DNA of 64,000 nucleotides. It comes from Bdellovibrionales bacterium (GTDB lineage Bacteria > Bdellovibrionota > Bdellovibrionia > Bdellovibrionales > JAGQZY01). Every line of letters begins with the position of its first letter. Position 1 is the first letter of the stretch. The notes beneath the pieces were generated by a model. That model was not told the DNA's origin. It saw only the letters and a list, made by a program, of their open reading frames with translations, and searched no databases. Shown here piece by piece: positions 38,995 through 48,582 of the stretch. The stretch covers positions 1,376,001-1,440,000 of the forward strand of contig CAXRHT010000002.1 in assembly GCA_964230645.1 (NCBI GenBank), given 5' to 3'. The translations under genes and the position numbers were made by a program.

Positions 38995-39909
38995 TTAACT
39001 GTTGAGCTGCCTTATATGGGTGTAATTGAGAAGGGCCACAAATACGGCTCCGCCGACCAGATTTCCGCAAAGCATGACAAAAATTGTGACAACGACTGAT
39101 TCTAAGCCAATCGCATTGGTGAAAAAGTAACCAGTGAAAATCTCAGCAGAACCCGCAATGGAGTGGTGCAAACCACAAAGGCCAATAATAAATGTCACAA
39201 TATAAATAAGAAAAATCTTTTCGACATCAAGGCGTGTGGTTAAAAAGAGCCAGGCCCCTTGTGCCATTAACCACCCAGCAAGAATGGCGCTAACAAAAAT
39301 TTGAAAGTCAGTAAAATGGATCAGATGCAGAGCCACTTCAATATAGCCTTGTTTAGCTTTGACAACGGGGTTCGCCAAAAATATGAGAAGAGAGCTTGCG
39401 ACTGTTCCAAGCAAATTTCCCAATGCCACAAGGCTTAACATTTTCACCAGGCCCTTAAAGGAGCATTTTCGATCCAAATAAGGGTAGACAGCCGTGGCCG
39501 TGTGTTCTGTAAAGAGTTGAGTTCCACTCATAATACAAATGATAAACCCCAAAGGATAAACCATAGCCATAGACACTTGTGTGACTAATGGGTCATAGCT
39601 GTTCTCTAGACAAAGCTGCTTCACTTTTGAAACCACCATAGCAGCAAAACCTAAAATCAGGCCGGCAGCAATAGCGGAGAAAAGAAGAGACATCCAGCCC
39701 CGCTCGATTTGCTCTTTTCCTTCTCGGATCGCGAATTCCAAGGTATCATCGGGATGGGTTTGGTGCTGATCAATTCTTTTAATAATAACGGGTTGAGACT
39801 GCAGGTCTTCAATTTGACGATCTTTACTGCGATCACCACTGGATTTAGAAATTTCTTTATTCACCTGTTTTGCTGAGGGTTTGGTGGGATCCCCGTCATT
39901 GGAAGTCAT
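38995..39909 (-). CDS. Formate/nitrite transporter family (YfdC-like)
   Basis: QLFTEHT, GNLLG, AGWLMA, HHSIAGS, GNLVGG. Confidence 0.88.
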   Translation of the reverse strand: MTSNDGDPTKPSAKQVNKEISKSSGDRSKDRQIEDLQSQPVIIKRIDQHQTHPDDTLEFAIREGKEQIERGWMSLLFSAIAAGLILGFAAMVVSKVKQLCLENSYDPLVTQVSMAMVYPLGFIICIMSGTQLFTEHTATAVYPYLDRKCSFKGLVKMLSLVALGNLLGTVASSLLIFLANPVVKAKQGYIEVALHLIHFTDFQIFVSAILAGWLMAQGAWLFLTTRLDVEKIFLIYIVTFIIGLCGLHHSIAGSAEIFTGYFFTNAIGLESVVVTIFVMLCGNLVGGAVFVALLNYTHIRQLNS

Positions 39910-40257
39910 AAGCCTTTCTAACCGTCCCCTTCCGGAAGGTAAACTAAATTCTTATTATTATTGGATAAATACAGTCGCCTCGCGCAACCACGAAGCGCAG
40001 ACTCCCCTTAATTGAAAACTTTCTACCAATCTCCCTTTCCTATTTTATAAATTTTATATTTTTCCCCGTGTTTAACTCCAGACAGGCGCGCGGTTAAGCA
40101 ACTAAAATTACTGAAGAACTTCAGAGCTGACACAATAACCAAATCTTGTCGAAAAGCGCCCTTTACCTTTTACGTGCTTTTAAATAGAAGTCTTTTTGAA
40201 CACTCGTATAAGCCTGAACCCCCATCTATTCAGGCGATATTCAAAAGGAGATTAACC

Positions 40258-40809
40258 ATGAAACATTTTTTACTAGGACTTAGCATTCTCACTCTAACAG
40301 TAGTGAGTCAGGCTGAATTCCAAGGGGAGTACGTCAATAACCAAGCTTTCTACAATGCAACCCAATTCTGGGAAGACAAAGTAAACCCCGATCTTGATTA
40401 CTTCCTCAATATTGATTTTACCCAACATCCTGAAGGTCAATTTCTTGAGGCTCAAAAAGAAGTCGAGAACTATGCGCTGAGAGCTCCTGCCAAAACAAAG
40501 GTGCAAAAAATATCCACCCAATCGATGGATGATTTACTTGAAATTGTGTTTTCCTATGACGAGCCATTTTTTTGCTACACTTATACTGATCTTCCAGAAA
40601 ACTTCGGTGATTACGAAAAGTTCGGAGCTGACTGTATCGACGCTACTAGTAGCTTCATTGCTGAGGCTTTAAAATCAGCAGACGCTGCTTATGTCGTCAA
40701 TGCCTACGGTCGCGACTGGGGAATTTTTCGAGTGATCACTCTCTTCCTCTTTGATTTTGAGAACAAAGAATCCTTGAGGGTCGAGTTTGATATTATTCAT
40801 GAAATTTAA
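40258..40809 (+). CDS. Secreted acidic hypothetical protein
   Basis: SD AAGGAG; signal peptide MKHFLLGLSILTLTVVSQA. Confidence 0.75.
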   Translation: MKHFLLGLSILTLTVVSQAEFQGEYVNNQAFYNATQFWEDKVNPDLDYFLNIDFTQHPEGQFLEAQKEVENYALRAPAKTKVQKISTQSMDDLLEIVFSYDEPFFCYTYTDLPENFGDYEKFGADCIDATSSFIAEALKSADAAYVVNAYGRDWGIFRVITLFLFDFENKESLRVEFDIIHEI

Positions 40810-40849
40810 GAAAACATTTTTCTGCTGAAATTTGTTTGCTTTATTGCCT

Positions 40850-40878
40850 AACCAGATCCATCGTGATCTGGTTTTTTT
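40850..40878 (+). terminator. Rho-independent terminator
   Basis: AACCAGATC-N6-GATCTGGTT plus a T-run. Confidence 0.75.
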
Positions 40879-41869
40879 ATATTTGATTTTGAATCAGATC
40901 ACAGACGGCTTTTTCCTCAGGGGTTGACCATTTTTTTCGGTCCCATTCTTTCTTTATTTTTTCTACTAAATCCTGAATGGTTCTACCTTCATTGTAGCGC
41001 TCAATAATTCTTGGATCGATATAACTTGAGCGTGCCGTGTTTCTTGTGTTTCCCAATGTCGATGCGACATGATCGACCGCATTGATGATCTTTTTATTTC
41101 TGAGATCCTCCTTATCCTCAGGCCCCAATTTCGCCAAAAGAGTCGCAGCCAGGTAGGTGCCAGCCCAAGTACGAAAGTCCTTCCCTGTAAACCTTTCTCC
41201 CATCACTTCATGAATATAATCGTTCAACAAGGTCGGACTGACTTTTCGCCACTTCCCAGTGGAGCCATCCTTAAACTTGAAAATTTCATAGCCAGGCACT
41301 TGATCAAGCTCTTCGATTACTTGAATCAATCGATCATTTGCAATCTCTCGGTGCTGTATTTGACCTGATTTTCCTTTGTAGTCAAAGGCTGCGACATCAT
41401 CTTCAACGTTGAGGTGCTTTGAGCGAAGAGTGGTCAAACCAATAGTTTTGTTTTCTTTATAGTAGGAAGGATTTCCCACTCGAAAGTAGGATTCATCGAG
41501 CATCCGCACCATTGAGGCAAGGACTCTTTTCCGCCCCAGTTGATCAGTGGCCATATGTTGCCCGGTAACTCTGCGCATATGGGAAAGACGGGAGGCAAAT
41601 TCAACGATGCGATCAAATTTCCTCTCCTCCCTACGAGCGCGCCAGTTGTCATTATAAACATACTGTTTCCTGCCTTTGGAGTCTCGTCCCCAGGCATAGA
41701 TCTTCGCCTTTTTGTTAAGATCAATGACAACCTCTTGCCAAGCGGGTGGAATGGCAAGTCCCTTGATCCACTCCTTTTTACTTTGAGAGCTTAGATAGCG
41801 CCCCGATTCTTTGTATTTATAGCGAAACCCCTGACCCCAGGGTTTCCTTAGGATAAGCTGTTCTGACAT
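40877..41869 (-). CDS. Bacterial (poxvirus-like) DNA topoisomerase IB
   Basis: IPPAW, GRDSKGRKQY, FRVGN, KGKSG, KDFRTW, LGNT...RSSYIDP (catalytic Tyr). Confidence 0.93.
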   Translation of the reverse strand: MSEQLILRKPWGQGFRYKYKESGRYLSSQSKKEWIKGLAIPPAWQEVVIDLNKKAKIYAWGRDSKGRKQYVYNDNWRARREERKFDRIVEFASRLSHMRRVTGQHMATDQLGRKRVLASMVRMLDESYFRVGNPSYYKENKTIGLTTLRSKHLNVEDDVAAFDYKGKSGQIQHREIANDRLIQVIEELDQVPGYEIFKFKDGSTGKWRKVSPTLLNDYIHEVMGERFTGKDFRTWAGTYLAATLLAKLGPEDKEDLRNKKIINAVDHVASTLGNTRNTARSSYIDPRIIERYNEGRTIQDLVEKIKKEWDRKKWSTPEEKAVCDLIQNQI

Positions 41870-41872
41870 TAA

Positions 41873-42082
41873 TTAAACGCGCTCGACTTCCGATCGACTT
41901 TTTAAAACTCTTTGCCCATCTTCTTGCTTGATGAGATAGGCCGGATCGTCTTGGCTGGCTTTTCTTTTTATAGTCTCACCATCGATTTGTTTTGAGATAT
42001 CGGAATGATAGACCTCTGCCACCTCTCCAGAAGCTTTACCTTCTCCCCATTTCCACTCAACTTTGGTTCCTTGTTTGATCAT
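41873..42082 (-). CDS. DUF2945 / HVA1 Tudor-like small protein
   Basis: GTKVEWKWGEGKASG...RKASQDDPAYLI...VLKSRSE; SD GGAGG. Confidence 0.85.
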   Translation of the reverse strand: MIKQGTKVEWKWGEGKASGEVAEVYHSDISKQIDGETIKRKASQDDPAYLIKQEDGQRVLKSRSEVERV

Positions 42083-42240
42083 CGCATTGCCTCCAGTTGA
42101 TAAAGTTAACGGAGGAGCATCGATAAAAAACTTAGATCTGGTAGAAAATATTTGTATTTTTATACAAATAACTATTTTTCATGGAAGTCTGTCAGTGGTT
42201 TGTCTAAAGTTGAAACCACGCTCAAATACAAAGGTTTCTG

Positions 42241-43461
42241 ATGTCTTCACTCAATATCATTATTTATCATTTCAATCGAGCCTGGGCTCAAGCCAGAAAC
42301 AATTATTGGGCGATCCCCGCTTTTTCTGCCCTGACCACCATTTTATTTTTTTGTCTCATTTTTTTCTTGGACTCGAACTTCAATAAAACGATCACCTCCC
42401 TTCTACCCTACACCTTTACAAGTGAAGACAGTATTCGCTCAGTTTTGACGACTGTAGGGACATCTTTGATGACTGTAACAGGAGTGATTTTTTCAATCAC
42501 TCTTCTCTGTGTTGTCCACGCCAGCTCCCAAATTGGCCCAAGACTCCTTTCGGGCTTTATGGAAAATCGCGCCAACCAATGGGCTATGGGAGTCTTTCTT
42601 GCGGCCTTCACTTATGCTGTTCTCGCTTTGTCCGTTATCAGTGTAAGAAAATCCCCTCCACAACTGACCTTCTATGTCGCTCTTTTACTTACGGGATTAA
42701 GTATTGCTACCTTAGTATTTTTTGTTCACAATGTCCCTCGCTCCATCCGGATGACCCATGTGGTGAGTCACATTGGAAATGTTTTAAGAAAGAATGTAAG
42801 GTCTTACTTTAATCAGTTCAACTCGGTCTTAGTTCTTAGCGAGGACTTGAACCTTGAACAAAAGAACAGGGAAATTCTAAAATCGAGTCGCCTGGGATAT
42901 GTTCAAAATATCGATTACGCGGAAATACTTGAAAGACTCGAAGAGAATCAGCTTAGGTTAGCGATTAAAGTAAGACCTGGTGATTTTATACACCGAAACC
43001 AACCTCTTGCTGAAGTTTACGGGGAAAAAGAAATCTCCAAAAAGGAAATCGACCACATTAGAAGGGAATTTGTAGTGGGTTCGGAACGCTCAACCAACCA
43101 GGATTTTGTATTTGGAGCTAACCTGTTGGTTGAAATCGCCATCAGAGCTCTCTCCCCTGGAGTGAATGATCCCTACACGGCTTGCGAATGTATCGATCAA
43201 CTTGAGGTTTCTCTTATTCGACTCAGCGAACTTTCGACTCCTCAGGACCTCATCCAAGACAACCAAGGTGTTATCCGTATTCAGCGACCGAAATTTGACT
43301 ATGATGATTTTGTGACAACTCTACTTGAGCCTCTGGTTTTCTACAGCGCCAAAGACCCTCTTGCAACGAGACGCCTTTCAGACTCCTTAGAGCTCCTAAA
43401 AAGTCAAACCGATCACTCAAGCACTTTCCAAAGTATTCAACAGAGCCTACACAAGAAATAG
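42241..43461 (+). CDS. DUF2254 family membrane protein
   Basis: FSIT...ASSQIGPRL, GYVQNID, LVEIAIRALSPGVNDPYTA. Confidence 0.88.
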   Translation: MSSLNIIIYHFNRAWAQARNNYWAIPAFSALTTILFFCLIFFLDSNFNKTITSLLPYTFTSEDSIRSVLTTVGTSLMTVTGVIFSITLLCVVHASSQIGPRLLSGFMENRANQWAMGVFLAAFTYAVLALSVISVRKSPPQLTFYVALLLTGLSIATLVFFVHNVPRSIRMTHVVSHIGNVLRKNVRSYFNQFNSVLVLSEDLNLEQKNREILKSSRLGYVQNIDYAEILERLEENQLRLAIKVRPGDFIHRNQPLAEVYGEKEISKKEIDHIRREFVVGSERSTNQDFVFGANLLVEIAIRALSPGVNDPYTACECIDQLEVSLIRLSELSTPQDLIQDNQGVIRIQRPKFDYDDFVTTLLEPLVFYSAKDPLATRRLSDSLELLKSQTDHSSTFQSIQQSLHKK

Positions 43462-43482
43462 AAATGTGCCGGGCCCCTTTTC

Positions 43483-44265
43483 TTATGAGGCTTTGGGATT
43501 GTCGGTGTTGTCGATTGTGGCTTGGAGTTTGGCTCTTAGGCGAGCTATGGCGTGGGCATGAAGTTGCGACACCCTTGACTCTGTAACCCTCAATACACGA
43601 CCAATTTCTTTTAGGTTTAGGTCTTCGTAGTAATAAAGAGACAGAACGAGTCTTTGTCTTTCCGGGAGTTCTTCGATGGCTCCTGTTACCACGTCCTTCA
43701 CGAACTTCACGTTTAATTGATTGTGAGGATTGTTGAGTTTACAACCATCAAGAATACTCAAAATAGATTTTTTATCGACACTACTAAACGTTGGTGACTC
43801 ATCAATAGATAGGACACTTACCGGTTTTACCTGATTCATCAGGTCATAGAGATCCTCTAAAGACATTTCAAGACGATCGGCAATCTCTTGATCTTCTGGA
43901 GACCTGCCTAATTCGGCTTCGAGTTTTACAATGGTTCGGTCCAAAAGCTTAGATTTATCTCTGACCGAACGAGGCACCCAGTCCTGGGAACGTAATTCAT
44001 CGAGGATCGCTCCTCGTATTCTGAACTCCGCATAAGTCTTAAACTTATTGTCTCGATTTGGATCGTACTTATCAAGAGCATCCATTAATCCAATCACTCC
44101 ACTTGAGATAAGATCATCAAGTTCAATATTGGAAGGAAGTCTCATTGCAATCTTTTGGGCAATGAACTTGATCAATGGAGCGTACTCCATGATTAACTTA
44201 TCCTTCTGCTCTGCTGACAGAGCGTTCGGTGCTTCTTTGTACTTTTTTAACAGTGCATTTGACAT
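43483..44265 (-). CDS. fliA: Flagellar sigma factor sigma28
   Basis: RIRGAILDELRSQDWVPRS, LYYYEDLNLKEIG...ESRVSQLH. Confidence 0.97.
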   Translation of the reverse strand: MSNALLKKYKEAPNALSAEQKDKLIMEYAPLIKFIAQKIAMRLPSNIELDDLISSGVIGLMDALDKYDPNRDNKFKTYAEFRIRGAILDELRSQDWVPRSVRDKSKLLDRTIVKLEAELGRSPEDQEIADRLEMSLEDLYDLMNQVKPVSVLSIDESPTFSSVDKKSILSILDGCKLNNPHNQLNVKFVKDVVTGAIEELPERQRLVLSLYYYEDLNLKEIGRVLRVTESRVSQLHAHAIARLRAKLQATIDNTDNPKAS

Positions 44266-44326
44266 AACGTTTCGATCCCTTAACTAAAATAATAACAAAA
44301 AGCTGTATAACTCAAAAGTCCATATC

Positions 44327-45157
44327 TTAAGCGGCCCCAAGAAGTTGGTTCCAGAAAAACTGTAAACTTCCATTTATTTCGCCTACTTCCTGCTCTCCAA
44401 CCACTTGATCTGCCACTCTTTTCAAGGCGATGGACGAGGCAGCACTTGGTCTTGCTTTGCAGATTAATTTAGGGTCACCGACCTGTCTCAATTTGGGATC
44501 AAGTGGGATATAACCTAAATAACTAAGATTAATATTCAAGAATCTCCCAGTGACTTTATTGATTCTTGTATAAATATCTTTGGCCTCTTTCTCACCAAGT
44601 ACCTTATTGGCGACCATGGAAAATCTCGAAACTTTTTTATTAAGATGCAAGACTTTCATCAATGCATAAGCATCGGCCATACTGGCCGGCTCAGGCGTTA
44701 CGACAACCAATACGTCTTGAACGGAGCTATTGAGGTATTGAACGTTGTCATCGATTCCTGAGGCCGTATCAACGAGCAAATAATCATAAGTGTTATTGAG
44801 CATGGAAACTTCATCCATAAGCATTTTTCTTTTGTAAACATCAATAGACTTTAAATCTGTTAAGCCACTTGAGCTTGGAATGACATGTATGTTTTTATGA
44901 GCTTTTACAATAATATTCTCAAGAGATTCCCCGTGGCTGAAAAAATCCTCAAGAGTTTTCTGGGGCCGAATTCCTAGAAAAATATCTATGTTCGCCAACC
45001 CGATATCTCCATCAAGAATCAAAACCTTTTTACCCATCTCTGCTAGCGTATATGCCAAGTTTACAGTCAAAGTGGTTTTTCCAACTCCACCCTTGCCGGA
45101 AGAAATACTAAGAGTTCTCGTTTGGATTTTGTTACTGTAGTTATATTCTGCTGTCAT
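44327..45157 (-). CDS. flhG: Flagellar number regulator FlhG/FleN (MinD-like)
   Basis: SGKGGVGKT, DGDIGLAN, TPEPASMADAYA; between flhF and fliA. Confidence 0.93.
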   Translation of the reverse strand: MTAEYNYSNKIQTRTLSISSGKGGVGKTTLTVNLAYTLAEMGKKVLILDGDIGLANIDIFLGIRPQKTLEDFFSHGESLENIIVKAHKNIHVIPSSSGLTDLKSIDVYKRKMLMDEVSMLNNTYDYLLVDTASGIDDNVQYLNSSVQDVLVVVTPEPASMADAYALMKVLHLNKKVSRFSMVANKVLGEKEAKDIYTRINKVTGRFLNINLSYLGYIPLDPKLRQVGDPKLICKARPSAASSIALKRVADQVVGEQEVGEINGSLQFFWNQLLGAA

Positions 45158-46496
45158 TGCCTCTATCTCCGTTCTTTTGGGTCAACTTAAAAACTAAATC
45201 TAAAACTCTTTCACGACTGGCGGGTTCGAACCCGTCCACTATATCTGATCCGATTCCAAAACTATGGAAAGGAACTGACGACTTATCTTGAATATTCAAT
45301 AGGATCCCATGCTGCGATGTTTGATCAATGTTTGAAACAATGATGTCGTCAAAATCGGCCACTCGGAAGCGCTTCAAGACACCGCCTAGGTCGTTTTCTT
45401 TGGTGAGCGCTGAGATCACAAGATGGGTGCGATGACTCACCTCTATATCCGCATTAGCAATCGCTCTCATAAAATCGAGCTCATTAATATTACTCAAAGA
45501 AATTCCGGGAGTGTCCACAAGGATTTTATCGTAGCCTTGTAACGAGTTTATTTTTTGTGACATCTCTTTGTAGTCCGCCAATACAAAAACAGGGACATTG
45601 AGAATGCGCGAGTATACGCGAAGCTGCTCAACCGCTCCCACCTTATTTAAGTCGGTGGAGACAAGGGCTACTCGTTGATTCTCTTGAACAACAAGATGAG
45701 TGGCCATTTTAACTAAAGCTGAGGTTTTCCCAGAACCGTGAGGTCCTACGAAAAATTCAACAGTGGCGGATTCATTGGAAATGCTCGTGCTGTTTAAAAT
45801 CTTTTTGGCATACCAAGAGTCGACAAGACTTTTCTTTTGTTGACCAGAACCAATTTCCCTCTGGCAGTCTTGGGCCCAGCGACGAGCCAATTCGGACTCA
45901 ACCCCTACCCTTTTTAGACGTTTAATCATGTCATCAAGAGCTGAGGCTGGCTGAACACTTTTCTGTTTAACGGCCTCCAAAATTTCATCGGGCAAAAGTT
46001 CTTCTTTTTGCTTTTTCTTTTCTTGAAAGAATTGACTCTGTAAACTTGATTGAAAAGCATCTCTGGCGGCTTGCTTCACACGTGTAACATTACTTTCGCG
46101 GCTCACCTCTTGAGCAGGAGTAGGAGGCATAGGAGGAAGCTCTTCGGCTCTCTGGGAATCATCGATGTCAATATAGGGAGTCGATGTGATTCTGCGGTTG
46201 CGCTCATTGTACTTCTTCTCGGCACCCTGATACACGTTTTCGATAAACATGCGTTGACGATTGGCCGACTGGCTCATCACTTTCGATTCAAAAACTTTCC
46301 CTAGTTGCTGGGCTGCCAATTCTTTTTTCTTAAGTTGGCTTTCTGAAACGGCGGCCACAACAATAAACTTTTTGGCACCGGAGACAGATCTTTTGGCCTC
46401 TTGGGTGGAAAGGATAATAGCATCTGGTCCCAGATCACTTTTCACCTCTTTTAGAGCTTCGATAATACTTGAAGCTTCGTACTTCTTAACCTGCAT
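45141..46496 (-). CDS. flhF: SRP-family GTPase FlhF
   Basis: N-terminal ALKEVKSDLGPDAIILS, GPHGSGKT, GAVEQL, DTPG. Confidence 0.92.
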   Translation of the reverse strand: MQVKKYEASSIIEALKEVKSDLGPDAIILSTQEAKRSVSGAKKFIVVAAVSESQLKKKELAAQQLGKVFESKVMSQSANRQRMFIENVYQGAEKKYNERNRRITSTPYIDIDDSQRAEELPPMPPTPAQEVSRESNVTRVKQAARDAFQSSLQSQFFQEKKKQKEELLPDEILEAVKQKSVQPASALDDMIKRLKRVGVESELARRWAQDCQREIGSGQQKKSLVDSWYAKKILNSTSISNESATVEFFVGPHGSGKTSALVKMATHLVVQENQRVALVSTDLNKVGAVEQLRVYSRILNVPVFVLADYKEMSQKINSLQGYDKILVDTPGISLSNINELDFMRAIANADIEVSHRTHLVISALTKENDLGGVLKRFRVADFDDIIVSNIDQTSQHGILLNIQDKSSVPFHSFGIGSDIVDGFEPASRERVLDLVFKLTQKNGDRGNDSRI

Positions 46497-48582
46497 GGAT
46501 ATCCTCCACCGTTCCTACTGTATTAATTGATACATCCGTATTGAGCTCTCCGTGGGACAGAACAACCAGTTGCGGGATAAAACGATTCACGAGTTTAAAT
46601 ATATGACGACGGCTCATTGGGCTTGTCAGGAGAATCGGCTGCCCGGCCACCTCAGGATGAGACTCAATTTTTTCAGCAATCGAGTTGACGAGCCCGTGCC
46701 CATAGGTGGGATCAAGAGCCAACTGAACACCCTGTTCCGTTTGCAAAAGAGATTGATTAATAATGTCCTCAACCTGTGGTCCAAGATTAATCACGTGAAG
46801 ATTGTCTTGGTCATCTTTGAGTTTATTGGTAATGGACCGACTTAGAGCTCTTCTCACAGACTCAGTGAGAACATCCGCGTCTTTAGTGTTGGCACCCTCA
46901 TCAGCAAGAGTTTCAAATATGGTGAGAAGATCTCGAATCGAAACTTGCTCTCGTAGAAGATTTTGCAAAACCTTAACAACCTGTCCAAGAGAAAGGGTTT
47001 CGGGAATAAGATCTTCGACAACCTTGGGATAGTTTTTCTTAAAGTTATCAACCAACTTGCTGGCTTCTTGGCGTCCGAACAACTCATAAGCGTGCTGCCT
47101 TAAGACCTCAGTAATATGTGTGGCCACAACTGTTGGAATATCGACCACTGTGTATCCTGCCACTTCAGCGTCTTCCTTTTGACTTTTAGAAATCCACAGA
47201 GCATCCAGTCCGAAAGCGGGCTCTTTGGTGGCAATCCCTTCAATTTTCTGAGAGGTATTCCCTGGATCCATCGCCAGAAGACAATCGGTTTTTAGCTCTC
47301 CACCCGCGATTTTGTTTCCTTTAAGTAAGATACGGTACTCACCAGGTTTTAACTGTAGATTGTCGCGGATATGAACCGAAGGAATAACGATTCCTAAATC
47401 AAGAGCGAACTGTTTTCTGATACTTACGATTCTCTCCAGCAGATCACCGCTTTCATCAGATTCTACGGCATTGATAAGGCCGTAACCGATTTCAAGCTCT
47501 ACCATATCCAAAGGCAATAGATTTTCGATATTTTCTTTTTTAGGCTTCTGAGCTTCTTCCTGCTTGGCTTTTTCTTTATTGTCTTTTTCTTCTTGTTGAT
47601 ATTTGGTGATCACCCAGGCGATTCCACCTAAAAATAGAGCAATTAATGTAAAAGGCAAAGTCGGAAGACCGGGCACAAGACCTAAGGCAAAAACAGAAGC
47701 CGCTGAAACTCCAACTGCACGGGAATTAAAGAGAAGCTGGCTTGCAACCTCAGCTCCAATATTTCCTTTGGAGTGATTTCTTGTCACAACAATACCAGCG
47801 GCTGTTGAAATAATAAGGGCTGGAATTTGACTGACAAGACCATCACCAATGGTCAAACGAGTGTAGGCTTCGGCGGCCTCAGCAGCACCAAGATTCATTT
47901 GAATCACACCAATTGCCAAGCCACCAATAATATTAATAGCCATAATAATAATTCCAGCAATAGCGTCACCACGAACAAATTTGCTGGCACCATCCATGGC
48001 TCCGTAGAAATCGGCTTCCGCTTCAATTTCTTTACGTCTTTTACGAGCTTGTTCTTCATTGATCAGACCGGCATTTAAGTCGGCATCAATTGACATCTGT
48101 TTACCGGGTAAGGCGTCCAAGGTGAAACGCGCGGCCACCTCAGCAATACGACCAGAACCTTTGGTAATAACGATAAAGTTGATAACCACTAGAATAATAA
48201 AGACAATAAAACCAATAGCGTAGTTATCACCCACCACAAATTGTCCAAAAGCTGTAATAACGTCCCCTGCAGCCCCTTGACCCTCATGTCCTTCTGATAA
48301 GATAAGACGAGTAGAGGCCACGTTTAAAGAAAGCCTGAACAGTGTGGTAATTAGCAGTAAAGAGGGAAAAACTGAGAATTCTAGCGGGCTGTTAATATAA
48401 AGAGCCACTAAAAGAATGAGTAAACTAATGGTTAGGGATCCAGTCAGTGCTAAATCCAGCATTATTGGAGGAAGAGGAATGATCATCACAGAAAGAATGA
48501 TCATCAGTCCAATAGCCATCATCAAATCAGTGTTGCTGGTGTATTTTTCAAATTTTTTCAAATATTGAAACAAATCATCCAT
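46486..48582 (-). CDS. flhA: Flagellar export gate protein FlhA
   Basis: EVAARFTLDALPGKQMSIDADL, FYGAMDGASKFVRGD. Confidence 0.98.
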   Translation of the reverse strand: MDDLFQYLKKFEKYTSNTDLMMAIGLMIILSVMIIPLPPIMLDLALTGSLTISLLILLVALYINSPLEFSVFPSLLLITTLFRLSLNVASTRLILSEGHEGQGAAGDVITAFGQFVVGDNYAIGFIVFIILVVINFIVITKGSGRIAEVAARFTLDALPGKQMSIDADLNAGLINEEQARKRRKEIEAEADFYGAMDGASKFVRGDAIAGIIIMAINIIGGLAIGVIQMNLGAAEAAEAYTRLTIGDGLVSQIPALIISTAAGIVVTRNHSKGNIGAEVASQLLFNSRAVGVSAASVFALGLVPGLPTLPFTLIALFLGGIAWVITKYQQEEKDNKEKAKQEEAQKPKKENIENLLPLDMVELEIGYGLINAVESDESGDLLERIVSIRKQFALDLGIVIPSVHIRDNLQLKPGEYRILLKGNKIAGGELKTDCLLAMDPGNTSQKIEGIATKEPAFGLDALWISKSQKEDAEVAGYTVVDIPTVVATHITEVLRQHAYELFGRQEASKLVDNFKKNYPKVVEDLIPETLSLGQVVKVLQNLLREQVSIRDLLTIFETLADEGANTKDADVLTESVRRALSRSITNKLKDDQDNLHVINLGPQVEDIINQSLLQTEQGVQLALDPTYGHGLVNSIAEKIESHPEVAGQPILLTSPMSRRHIFKLVNRFIPQLVVLSHGELNTDVSINTVGTVEDIHAG

